Assembly: GCF_018977255.1 (NCBI RefSeq)
Contig: NW_024704742.1
Location: 108,316,001 to 108,380,000 of the forward strand
Length of the DNA stretch: 64,000 bases
Direction: 5' to 3'
Source of the DNA: Callorhinchus milii
Taxonomy: Eukaryota
The stretch's first letter is position 1. The number at the start of each line of letters is the position of its first letter. Positions 14,007-44,135 of this stretch are shown here, one piece after another. The notes beneath the pieces were generated by a model. The model did no database searches. It had not been told where the DNA came from and saw only the letters and a program-made list of their open reading frames with translations. Both the position numbers and the translations under genes were made by a program.

Positions 14007-14800
14007 GATGACACCCAACTCTATCTCTCTGCCTCACCCTTGACTCCAGGACCACTGCTGTCCTGATATCAAGTCCTGGATGAGAGATGACTTTCTTCAG
14101 TTGAACGTCAACAAGACCGAGGCTCTCCTGATTGGCTCCCGTCAGCGCCTCCTCACCTCAGGTGCTGAGAGCATCACCATCCAAGGATACACACTTCACC
14201 TTCCTAAGCCAGTAGTCTTGTTTGACCCTCAACTATCCTTTCTACTCCACATCCGCGCCATGACCCACTCTGCCTTCCCCCACCTCGGCAGCATCACCCG
14301 GCTCTGCCACTGTCTCGCACCACAGACCACCGAAACTCTCATACAACCGTTCATAACATCCAGGCTTGACTATGCAAACTCTCTGTCAGCCTTCCCAACT
14401 CTTCCCTCCGTAGGCTGCAGATTATCCAGAACTCTGCAGCCCGTGTCCTCTCCTGCACAAGACTCCGTGATCCTATCATCCCCATCCTTGCCTAACTCCA
14501 CTAGCTTCCCATCACACAGAGGATACAGTTCAGGATCCTGGTCCTCACCATGGCTTTGGTCGCCCCTACCTCTGTGACCTCCTAACCCCCTAACAACCTG
14601 CCTGCTCCCTCTGCTCAGTGGGCTCCAGCCTGCTTCATGTCCCCAGCCTCATCCGCCCCACCATTGGCCCGCGAACCTTCAGCCACTCTGCCCCCACCCT
14701 CTGGAAATCCATCCCGCAGTCCCTCCGCCTCGCCCCCTCCCTTGCCTCCTTCAAGACCACCTCAAGACCCTCCTCTTCGACCGTGCCTTCGACCATGCCC
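14007..14800 (+). mobile_element. L2 LINE 3' portion of ORF2
   Basis: MRDDFLQLNVNKTEALLIG...FITSRLDYANS; PTIGPRTFSHSAPTLW. Confidence 0.9.
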
Positions 14801-16888
14801 TCTTGTCCCAGCGTGCGCATCTTGGCTGCTGCTCCTGACCCTAGCTGGCCTTGCCCTTAAAATGCCCCCCTCCCTGCAACTTTACCCCTCTGTCCTGCTC
14901 TCTCCCCGCCCTCCCCGCCTCCTATCTCTGCTTGACCGCCTCCCCACCACCTCCCTCTGCTCCAGCCTGGGAATTCTTCGCCGGTCTCATCGCGGCACTC
15001 GCCGTTGGCTGTCCAGCAACAGCCACCCCGGACCCTGACCCCGGGGGCTAACCTCTCCTCCTTCATTCGCATCCCCACCCTCCCTCCCAACCAACCCACT
15101 ACCCCCTCCCATCCCACACATCCCCCTGCCAACTGTCCACTCCACATTGGTCTTCAAAATGTCCGCTCCATCTCCAACAAGACCCTGGCTGTCAATGATC
15201 TCATCCTCGATGAGATACCTGGATCACCCCAGGTGTCACCTTCCCCCCCACTAAGGCCACACCACCCAGCTACACCTACCTCCATATCCCACCCCCGACC
15301 GTTGTGGCGGTGGTGGGGCCCTCATATCCAGGCCGTCACTTGCCCTATCCCCCTACTCCACCAGCTCGTTCCCCTCTTTCGAACACCTTACCCTCTGCCA
15401 TCTTTCCCACTTCTCTAAAAATTCTCTTACTTTACCGCCCCCAAAATCCTCTCCCACCTTCATCTCTGACATCTCCACCCTCCTTGCTTCCCTCTGCCTC
15501 TGCTCTGACCGCCTCATCATCCTAGGCAACTTCAACCTCCACTTCACCCCCTCCTGCTCCACCTCCTCAGACTTCTCCTCTCTCCTCTCCTCCCTCAACC
15601 TCTCCCTCCACATCCACATCCACTCTGCTACCCACACCCACAGTCACGCGCTCAACCTGGTGATCATAATAATAATCATAATAATAATCCCTCCAAAACC
15701 AAAAACAATAATAAATTGGTCATTTTCAATCTACGACTGTTTGTGGGACATTGCTGTGCGCAATTGGCTGCCGCGTTCGCCCACAAATATACAGTCAATT
15801 CACTTTACAGTATATTCTGTGAAGCGCTTTGGGACGTCCTCCCGACGTGAAAAGCGCTATATCAAATGCAAGGATTATTATTATTATTATTATTATTATC
15901 ACCCAGGCCTCACCATCACTGACAAGGCCATCTCTGACTACTATTTCATCTCCCTCAACTCCCATATCCCTCTCCCCACTGCCTTCAAACCTACCACCAC
16001 CTTCTACCGCCCGTGGAAGATCTCCCTGCAATCCCTCTCCGTTTCCCTGGAGTCCTCTGATCTCCTTTATCTCTGGCCCACCTCTTGCACCAACCCACTC
16101 GCTACACTCACTCTTCTCCACAGCACCCTCTCCACCACACTCGACGTCCTTGCCCCTCTCACCTCCCGAACTGCCTCCTATTCCCAATCCTCACCCTGGT
16201 TCACCAGCCACCTCCACTCGCTTAAGGGCCAGGTGCGGTCTGCCGAATGCACTTGGCTCAAATCCGGCCTAACAGTCCACCGCCACATCTGGCTGGACCT
16301 CATCAAGACCTACCGTTCCGTTCTCGCTTCAGCCAAATCATTCTTCTATTCCAGGTTAATCCTGGAGGTGAAGGGCAACCCCAGGCTCCTGTTCTTCACC
16401 ACCAACCAACTCCTCCGCCCTCCTTCACGCCTCACAGATTCTTTCCTCTGATTCTCACTGCGAGAAAATGCTGGACTTCCTCGAGTCCAAAATCGAGGAA
16501 ATCCGCTCAGCTGCCACTGCCCTCCCAACTTCCACCCCCTCCTCTGTCTTCACCACCGTCACCTCCATGAAGCTCACCACCTGCTCCCTGGATCCCATCC
16601 CAACCCCTCTCCTTAAATCCCAGCTCCACCTCCTTGCCCCACTATTCGCCGACATCATTAACCTCTGCCTGTCATCTGGCACTGTTCCTTCTCCCCTCAA
16701 AACAGCCTTTATCACCCACACCCTGAAGAAACCTTCTCTTGACCCATCACAGCTATCCAGCTACTGGCCCATCTCAAATCTCCCTTTCCTATCCAAAGTC
16801 CTTGAGAGAGCCATTGCCTCCCAGCTTCGCTCTTTCCTCTCCTCCCACTCCCTCCATGAACCCATCCAGTCGGGTTTCTGTGCTACCT
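14800..16888 (+). mobile_element. L2 LINE 5'/endonuclease-to-RT portion, interrupted by a SINE
   Basis: LHIGLQNVRSISNK (start of the APE domain), [36 protein letters not shown]. Confidence 0.88.
15665..15898 (+). mobile_element. SINE 3' half nested in L2
   Basis: SINE body plus (ATT)n tail; L2 sequence resumes on both sides. Confidence 0.88.
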
Positions 16889-18789
16889 AGAGTGTAGAGT
16901 AAGGAAACTTGCCCAAGGTTTCATCCTACCGGGAATCGAACCCAGGTCTCTCGCACCCTCAGAACGAATCTCTTGTTTAATTGACATATATACTCAATAC
17001 TGTAAAGACAAAAGTCAGCATGGGCCATTTAAGAAGTGGCCAAATAAATTACTAAAATTTCCCAGTATTTTAACTAATATATTTAACTACAAATACAAAA
17101 AAGCACAAAATTAATACAGCCTCCATACCAAAGGGGTAATTTTTCCCTTGTGTGCATTGAGTCATAGAAAAAGGTATATACACACACACGTCTGTATTCC
17201 TTCTCTTCTACCCCCCCCAACTATGAACAGACAGAAGGTTTGTGAGGGACAAGCAGAGAAAAGAGATCCTGTACTGGGTGGAATCAAGTGGGCATTCATA
17301 TCCTGCACACAAGACTGCTACATTCCTCTTTCCAGCTGCAGAAAACAATGGCTAAAGTGCATAAATAAGATCTACTTAAAGCAATTTCAGTGTAAATACT
17401 GCTCTCTTTGGCAAATCCTGCTTTCCACACAAAAGTCTAGTTTTCAACTCATGATTTATTTCAAAATCACAAAGAAAAACTCCTACAGACAGTTTCTCTT
17501 TGACAAAATGGGCAGAATGCCAGGTCATATCTAATAAACTGCTTTCGACACGTTTAACATTTTCATATGTTGCTCATCCTTTTTCTATCTTTTTATCCCA
17601 CTTTTTAAATCTTTGCATGAGTGAATATTGTAATTGAGGGAAGGTAATCTGTTCCTAATTTTATCTCCAAACTGGATACAGTGATAATGGGAATGTTCAC
17701 AAAAAATACAGTCAATTCATTTTATAGTATATTCTTTGAAGCACTTTGAGACGTCTCAAAGTCATGATAAATCGCTATATCAAATGCAAAGATTATTATA
17801 CTCATTGAGTTCAATAAATAGAATGAAGATCATAAATTTAGGTAGAACCACACTAGACAACCATAATCTATGTTCTCTAGTCAAATAAGTAGTTGTTCAA
17901 AGCCATTTTCTTTCAAATCCACTCAAATGCTCAAGCCTGGAATTAAAGACCTACCCATATCTATAACAAATCCATCAAATCATTAAAGCTTGGATTTCAG
18001 CATACCTGTTGGTCCTCTTGAATTTACGAAGGTCAGGAAACATACTCAACTGAAGAAATATTAATCTCTTGTTTGGCAGATGCAGTCTTTTTTCCGATGA
18101 AGTTGAAAAGGTATTCCTCAGGAAAATAATAATTCTACTGGTGCTTCGAGACGTAAACTGAGCTCCCAATAGGAAATCCATAAGTCACGTCAACTCTCAA
18201 GATCTCAGCTCCAATTTAAGAGTTGAGTTGTCATAAGTCAGAGTGACCTACATCACATTCCCAGTTTACATTGTAAGGTGCCTTTTCCACTGATGAGATG
18301 TCAGTAATGTTACTCATTTCCTAAAGGGTTCTTTTCCAACTCCAATGTCTCTCAAACAACTCATTTTAATGAAGAATCCCTGTGTACATTACAATAATAT
18401 ATTGATTTATTGTTCACTGTTTCAATTGGATAACAATGAGTACTATACTCAAGATCTGTGTCAATTTCCTTGTGATTTGTTTTCTACTATTTTTTAGTGA
18501 AAGTGGGTTGCCTTGCAATCCCTACTTCATACTAGCAAGTGAAATAAATCTAAATGTCATGATTTACAAAACTGAAGAGGTCTGTCGATGATTCTGTATA
18601 TTGATCTATCACTGTGAAAATATTCAAATCCTAGGGAAAATGGACAAATCCAATCTGTGCTTTCACCCACCAGAGGATGTTGATAATTATGCAAACGTCA
18701 TACCTCCCTCTGCTGGTACAAATAAGTAATGTACAACTAGAAAAGTGACAATAGTATTTTCCCAATTTCCTTCCTGTTAAAGCAAAAAA

Positions 18790-19110
18790 GAATCCTTTCA
18801 TTCGATATCACACCTATAATGTTGAAATGTCACAAAGTGCTTCATAGGCAATTGCTGTAAAGTGAAGTGACTGTATATTTGTACACAAAAGTGGCAACCA
18901 ATTTCTACAAAGTAGTGTCCTATAATCAGCCTTGAATTGAATCACTAATTTATCTGGGGTACTGTTGGCCAGGATACCAGGGGAACCTCCCTTCTCTTTG
19001 CAAATAGTATCATGGAATCTTTAGTGTCCACCAGAATAGACAAATGGGACCTGGTTTTAACATCTCATCCTTACAACACCTTCTCCAGCACTGCACTGCC
19101 TATACCGTGC
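18790..19110 (-). mobile_element. Old Deu-domain-type SINE
   Basis: Similar to 53535-53958, including CATGGAATCTTTAGTGTCCACC. Confidence 0.65.
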
Positions 19111-19874
19111 GCTCAACAGAAAGGGAACTTTATTACCTAACTACCTATGAGAGAGAAAGGGAAAGGGCAAGATGCTGTTTCTTGCATCGCTAAATTCCTG
19201 CAAGAATATTAATAATCTAACAAAATGGGGTGGGGTGAGGGGGAGGAATTCACAAGAGAAAAAAAGGTTACCAATTTATGTAAATCCTTGAATACTGTAT
19301 ACATATCTTTCATGTAACAGTGGAATTTCCCTAGCCAATAATTTTCTTGTGGGTTAAAAACAGATATTATGAAAGATTGAGGTTCTTTCAGATGTTTTAA
19401 CATTGATGTCATTGAAGCAGAGAGGTCACATATGTGACCTCTTCCCTTCCATGCCATAGATGTGACCAGCTGACCTTCCGACCTTGAACTGCATGAGATA
19501 CAACAAAGGTCGCCTTCTTTGCAAATAAAATAAAGGCCTGTAGTAGGGAAGAAGGGCAGGAACACGATACAGAAGAATCCCTGTATAAGACTACAGTTGC
19601 GATCCATAAAATTCCAGCGCAATGTAACTGACATCATCTGCACCCTGACAATGGATGTCGTCCAATCTTTAGCAGCTACCCAACACATGTGAAGGCAGCC
19701 GGTCTGTGAATCGAAGGCAACAGGGCATCCAGCTTATAAGCAAACCTGCCTTATAAAAGGCACCTTATAACATGGTCCAACGATATATGACGTTTGCTTC
19801 AAATTCGAAGAAATAAGACCTAGAAGAAATGTCATCTTGAGTCCAGATTTGCACTATTTACTTAGCATTTCAGA

Positions 19875-20740
19875 GCATTCAGAAATTGTCCTTTGGATGA
19901 GATATTAAGCAATTCAGGTGGATGTTGAAGATCCCATGGCACTATTCAAAAAGAGAAAGGAGTTTCTCCCGGTGTCCTGATCAACAATCATTAGGGCAAT
20001 AATATTGGTTGCTCACTCCGTGGCTGTTTGTGGGATATCACTATGTGCCATTGGCTGCTGCATTTTGCCTGCAAAATACAGTCAATCCACTTTACTGTAT
20101 ATCCTGTGACGTGCTTTGAGACGTGATAAGGCGCTATTTCAAATACAAAGGTTATTATAATTGTGAAATTCATAAATTTAGTCTTAATTAAAGCCAGTAG
20201 ATAACAAAGTAGATTAAATCAGATAAAATAAATAATCCTTGCATTTGATATAGAGCGCCTTATCACTCCATTGATATGTGTGGGACATTGAAGTGCACTG
20301 CAAAACTGGCTGCCACATTTGCCTACATTTTGTTAAAATAGTCACTATACTTTATAGACAACCTTATAAGCCTTTTGAGATGTCCTCCCAACATGAAAGA
20401 TGCTATATCAAATGTAAGGATCACTGTTATCATCACGCCAAAATGTCTCAAAGCACCTCACAGTAATTGGTGTTAAGGGTAATGACTGTATTTACAGGTG
20501 AATGGGGTGGCCAATTTGTGCACAATAATGTCCTTAAAAATAACCAAGAAGTGAATTACCAATTTAACTGGACGATTGTTAGCCAGGATAAATACTCTTC
20601 TCTTTTTGAATAGTTCCATGAGTTATTTAATGTCCTTGACCATGCAGATGGGACCTTAGTTTAATTTTTCATTCAAATGATGGCAATTCCAACAATGTCA
20701 ACCCTAATCCAATGCTGCAGTGTGTTGTCAGCCTAGATTG
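19875..20740. mobile_element. Cluster of old Deu-domain-type SINE fragments (both strands)
   Basis: GAAGATCCCATGGCACTATTCAAAAAGAGAAAGGAGTTTCTCCCGGTGTCCTG is a Deu-like core; several SINE tails. Confidence 0.7.
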
Positions 20741-20749
20741 TTTTTGTCA

Positions 20750-21640
20750 TCCAGGTGTCTGACACATGCAGAAACCCATCATCATGCTTAAGAGTACCTA
20801 AAACAGACTGAGAGCTCGACTTATGTACACGACCTTTACATGGAAATTTCCCTGTCTGGAATGGGATATCCTCTCCTGGAGGGACACACCCTGCTTACCC
20901 AACACAAAGAGTATTAGGCACAGGTTGGCAAGAGCCATTGCTTGGGAACTCCAGAATGTGTGTTGGGGTTCTGTTGTTGTTCAAACAGCTAAAACCACAT
21001 GGGGTCGTGGATCTGAAACGTTGACTCACTTTCCTTTCTCCATAGATGCTGCCTGACGTGCTGAGTGTGCCTTCCGACTTACGTTTTTGTTTTAGATTGT
21101 TGGAGATGCCCATCCTTCAGATGAGACGTTAAACTAGAGTCCTATTTGCATACCTTGAAGGTAATTAACAATTGGAAAACATTGCGTGGAAAGGGACGTC
21201 AGAGGTCAGAACACTGGACTCATTTAAAAAAAAGGTTGATGCTGAGATGGAAGGGCTTTTTGGAAGGATAAGGTCAGATGAGCCGAAGGACCTTCTTCAT
21301 CTGAACCGATTGTGTGGTTGCCATTGAAAGCACCCTCTGGCAAGTATCCCACTGGCTTGTGCAGCTAGGGCAATGCTACCCATTAATGCTTTGACTTGCA
21401 GGGATGATAGTTGAATGGGAAGAATCCCCGCTCCCAGTCTACCTATCCAAGTCCTGCCGAAGAGCTAGACTACCCAGTGTGTCATCAGTAATACCCTGAA
21501 GTACTGCGGAACTGCCTGGTTCAGAAACCGGACTGCTGAGACAACCACAGAGGGTTGATTCGACTCAAATGTTCAATTGCCAAGTAGGTCACCTTATAGC
21601 CAGGTCAACTCCAAGGAGACCACTGCTTATATACCCCCAC
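20750..21640 (-). repeat. Unclassified dispersed repeat, copy B (insertions at about 21001-21310)
   Basis: Reverse complement aligns by eye with 1430-1954 plus 3827-3865. Confidence 0.7.
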
Positions 21641-22406
21641 ATCCAGGAAACATGTCCATCAGTCTAGGACCATAAGCTCAAAGTCTCCAACCGAAATTTA
21701 AGCCTACTATTTTCTGACCCAATTACGAATGAAATTGAGAGATTCCTTTTGGCTTTGGGTCCTAAATGTGGGCTCCCTTCCACAGCCATGTGTTACAGGG
21801 TAACGGGTTAGCCACTCCAAACATTAGGTTCTTTCCATCCACCTTCTGAAGTTCTGGAGTGAGAATTGCCTCTGAAAGCTGGGATAACCGACACTGGTTC
21901 CCAAACCAATCTCCCTCCAGAAGGAAGCGTGGAATACCGAAAGGACAGAGTGAAAATCCACTAGAAGCTAAAACGTTTCCCAGTTGTGTACAAAAGCACC
22001 CGCAGGCAGAAGGTTCTGGAAGGGAGTAAATGAATGGGTGGAGACTCGGGTGGGGTATAACCCCCCCCAGGACTGGCAGGACCTATGTTTAAATTACTCA
22101 AACGTCATTGCTCACTCAGCAACAACCATCGCGTCCCTCAACGATTAACCGAACAACAAATTCACCCAAATAATAATGGGGGTTATTAATGGGATAAATA
22201 AGCTAAACACGAGCAGGAGATGTAGGTGTGAGAGAGAGAGAGAGAGAGAGATGGGGGGGCGCAGGAAGCTGTACCTGGGGCAGGTCCGGGCTCCTATTCT
22301 TGGAGAACATTCTCGAGTGAGTTACACGTTAGTTACGAGCTGTCAGCGAGCCGAGGCCCTCACTCACGTGTGTGTGTGTGAGTGTGCGAGTGTGGAGGTC
22401 TCCTCC

Positions 22407-23162
22407 CTGGGCAGGGCTGGGCGGGCAGGGCAAGGCTGGGCTGGACAGGGCTGGGCGGGCAGGGCAGGGCAAGGCTGGACGGGCAGGGCAAGGCTGGGCT
22501 GGACAGGGCAAGGCTGGACAGGGCTGGGCGGGCAGGGTAGGGCAAGGCTGGGCAGGGCTGGGCAAGGCTGGGCGTGGGCAGGGCAGGGCTGGCCTGGCAG
22601 TGCAGGGCAAGGCTGGGCGGGCAGGACTGGGCAGGGCAAGGCTGGCCTGGCAGGGCAAGGCTGGGCGGGCAGGACTGGGCAGGGCAAGGCTGGGCAGGGC
22701 AAGGCTGGGCGGGCAGGGCAAGGCTGCGCAGGCAGGACTGGGCAGGGCAAGGCTGGGCAGGGCAGGGCAAGGCTGGGCGGGCAGGGTAGGGCAAGGCTGG
22801 GCAGGGCAAGGCTGGGCGGGCAGGACTGGGCAGGGCAAGGCTGGGCGGGCAGGACTGGGCAGGGCAAGGCTGGGCTGGGCAGGCAGGGCAAGGCTGGGCG
22901 GGCAGGACTGGGCAGGGCAAGGCTGGGCTGGCAGTGCAGGGCAAGGCTGGGCGGGCAGGACTGGGCAGGGCAAGGCTGGGCAGGGCAGGGCAAGGCTGGG
23001 CGGGCAGGACTGGGCAGGGCAAGGCTGGGCTGGCAGTGCAGGGCAAGGCTGGGCGGGCAGGACTGGGCAGGGCAAGGCTGGGCGGGCAGGACTGGGCAGG
23101 GCAAGGCTGGGCGGGCAGGACTGGGCAGGGCAAGGCTGGGCGGGCAGGACTGGGCAGGGCAA
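22407..23162 (+). repeat. G-rich minisatellite, main unit 29 bp GGGCAAGGCTGGGCGGGCAGGACTGGGCA built from GGGCA/GGGCT-type pentamers
   Basis: Directly visible tandem array of about 750 bp; the units are most homogeneous at the 3' end. Confidence 0.97.
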
Positions 23163-23707
23163 TGACCAGAGATTTGACGCACTTTGGTGTGTGTGTTCAA
23201 AATGCTTTGACGTCCTCATCCAACCGCCGAAAGAGAGGTACCGCGCAATACCCAGTGTTACACGTTTGTAGCCCAAAGTCCACCGAGTCCGAGCCCAAGT
23301 GTAGCCCAAAAGTGTGACGTTTTTGCCTACCAAGCGGGCGGCAGAGCGGCCTGGTCATGGTATTGTTTTTTTAGAAGAGGACGGCGAAGGGAGAGAAAAA
23401 CACGTTTTAGCGTTGTTGAAAGAAAAACATAAAAAGGGGTGTCGCCCAAAGCCGTTTCTTTCTCGCGCAATGTTATCAACAGAAACGCGCCCAAAACGGG
23501 CGTGAACCCGCCCAATCTGACCACATGGGCGAGGGATGCGGAGGCGAGTGACGCGCACGCGCAGAATGGTGCAGTGTGGGGGGGGAGGAGCGTTGCCACG
23601 CGTGCGTAGTGACAGCGGGGACTGTGGGGGGGGGTACAGTCGCGTGAGCTGATCCGCGCGGGTTTGAACGGCCGGTGAGGTTCTGGGGACCAACGGCCGC
23701 CGGCGCC

Positions 23708-41849
<18,142 letters not shown>

Positions 41850-42295
41850 AAGGAAACTCTGGAAATCTGAAATCTAAGAAACTTAATTTTTAAAGAGCTG
41901 TAATGAAATTGTATTTTGGCAACATTTTGAAATGTGCATTTGAATTAATGGCTATTTGTATGCCAGACTGTTTATCTTCACCAATACATTTCTATATTTG
42001 GTCTAAACATTGCAAAACATTTTCTTAATTTGTCTGAAAACTTTTTTTGCTTCTTCTAAAGGAAAATAGTTTCTGAAGTTTTCTAGACATTATTTTCATC
42101 AGAGTAGAATCTATCCAGAAATAACTCTGCAGAATAAGCCAGTGATTGATCTGTCTTGGTTAGACCAGGATTAATGGTTAGTAACTGAAAGGCATGACCA
42201 TTAACATGTGGATCATTCAGATCAAGGTTGCAAAACAAATTGCTTGGGATATGGAAAAAAATGCTAAAATAACAAAATTGTAATTATGGACTTGG

Positions 42296-42356
42296 AATAA
42301 AGAGAAGTATAGGCAACGGGTGAAAATATTCTTTTGGGATGGGGGGGCTAAATAAA
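42296..42356 (+). terminator. Candidate RIOK2 polyadenylation signals
   Basis: First AATAAA hexamers after the stop codon (42296-42301, 42351-42356); more occur near 42830 and 43130. Which one is used is unknown. Confidence 0.35.
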
Positions 42357-43729
42357 ACTCAGTTAGGTCAGTCCTTTTTAAGACAGGTGAGCCATTGCAC
42401 TCGTCAGTCAAGTCATAGGACAATCAGAGGTGAGGATGCCCTGACCAGCAGCCCACTGGATTGGAAGTAGGCAGGTATCAACGTCAAGTTGGGAAGAGGG
42501 GCAAGATGGGGCCTGCGGATGCTGTGGGTTAGGGCTCCTCAGAGGACTGGGAATGGTCCTCCTTGGGGCTCAGCTTTCTCCCACCAACTCTTAAAGAGGT
42601 GATTTTGGAGGAGATGGGCTGAGCCCCCTCTAGCCTAGTCATCTGGCGCCGATGTAGAAAAGAGATTCCATTTAAGCACCGATAATCCCAGCAGTGCAAG
42701 TTTTACCAGCTTTCCTGTGGCACACCACAGTAATCTAAATACCATTCTTACTATAGGTTTACTGCAGGTGGCAATTTAATCAATGTTATTGGAGTCGGAT
42801 CATGAGAAGAAATTCTTTAAAAAAAAATCAATAAAATTGTGTGAGGCAAGAAATATCACCTTCATTATTTGAAATTATATACATGCTATAAAAACTTTTT
42901 ACTAACTTACACTTCCTCTTACAGTTTCCTACTCCTTTCACCTCAATCCTTTCACCTTGCCCCCTCTTTGCCCACTTTCAGATCACATCTGAAGACCTTC
43001 CTCTTCGACTGTGCTTAAGGTCAATCCCCCTCCCTGGTTCTGTGTCAAGCTCCATCAGTTTTAAGTGCGACAAGGCACTAACCCAGTGTGAAGGTGCTAT
43101 ATAAATCCTAGTTGTTTAAATGTACATTGAATAAAGCAAATTAATTTATTACATGCAATTTAATTCAAATTAGTGTTGTGACATTTATCGGTTTATTTAA
43201 GCAATGGCTTAAAAATAAGCCTATCTGAATTTAAAGACTTGGTTTATACTAAATCAAAGTGAATATTGTGTTGTAAAATCCTTAAATTAATATGGAAAAA
43301 GACATGCTGCGAGGGCCAGCACACCTACTCCCAGGAGGCTTTTCCATTCAGATATTTCTTCAATTAGGAGTGAACTGGAACTGAAATTTCAGATTTTAAA
43401 GCAACATTATATAATACAATTTACTTTTATATAGCACCTTTCACATTGGGAGGATGTCACAAAGTGCTTTATACTGCTAATTGTGCACGCGAAGCTGGGA
43501 TTGAAGAGGGGAGAAATGACTGCTCAGTCAGTCAAAGACATATATCTATAAATTTTCCTGGATGGCAGAAATGAAGCTTGGGAGCAAGATTGATTCTCCA
43601 CCCTTTCCACTGCTACATGTTGGAGGAAAACCCTAAAATAAAAGCCTATTCAAAAGATGCGGCAAAAATAAATTTTAAGAAACTCAGAAATCCGAGATTT
43701 ATATGTCATTCTGACACAGTTCGTAGCTC

Positions 43730-44135
43730 TCTCACCTTTTGAGTCCAAACAATGTATGTTCAAGCCCCAAAGCAGGACATGGAATAAATATGGTTTATGC
43801 TGACAATGCATTGCAGTGCATTAATAATGCAGGAGTATCCTGCATTGTCAGAGGTGTTGTCCTTAAGATCAGATGTTAAACTGAGTTTGTGTCTACTTGT
43901 CCAAGTAGATTTAAAGATGCTATTACACTATTCAAAAAGAAAAGCGAGTTTTTCCTGGTATCCTGGCAAACAAATTCCCCAAATAAAATTAGTCACTCAC
44001 TCCATGGTTAGTTTTGAGAGTTTGCACAAATTCGCCATTGAGTTTGCCCACAAAATACATATAGCCACGTCACTTTACAGTGAAGTGCTTTTGAGATGTG
44101 ATGAGGTGCTATATCAAATGCAAGGGTTGTATTAT
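43730..44135 (+). mobile_element. Old Deu-domain-type SINE
   Basis: Reverse-orientation homologue of 53535-53958 with an L2-like tail. Confidence 0.7.

Noticed and set aside
19209..19688. 159-aa minus-strand ORF in unique DNA
   Set aside because: No recognisable domain or convincing splice context; not supported as a CDS without homology or expression data.
22176..23333. Several long ORFs (250-330 aa) on both strands
   Set aside because: Artefacts of the stop-free G-rich minisatellite; the translations are low-complexity.
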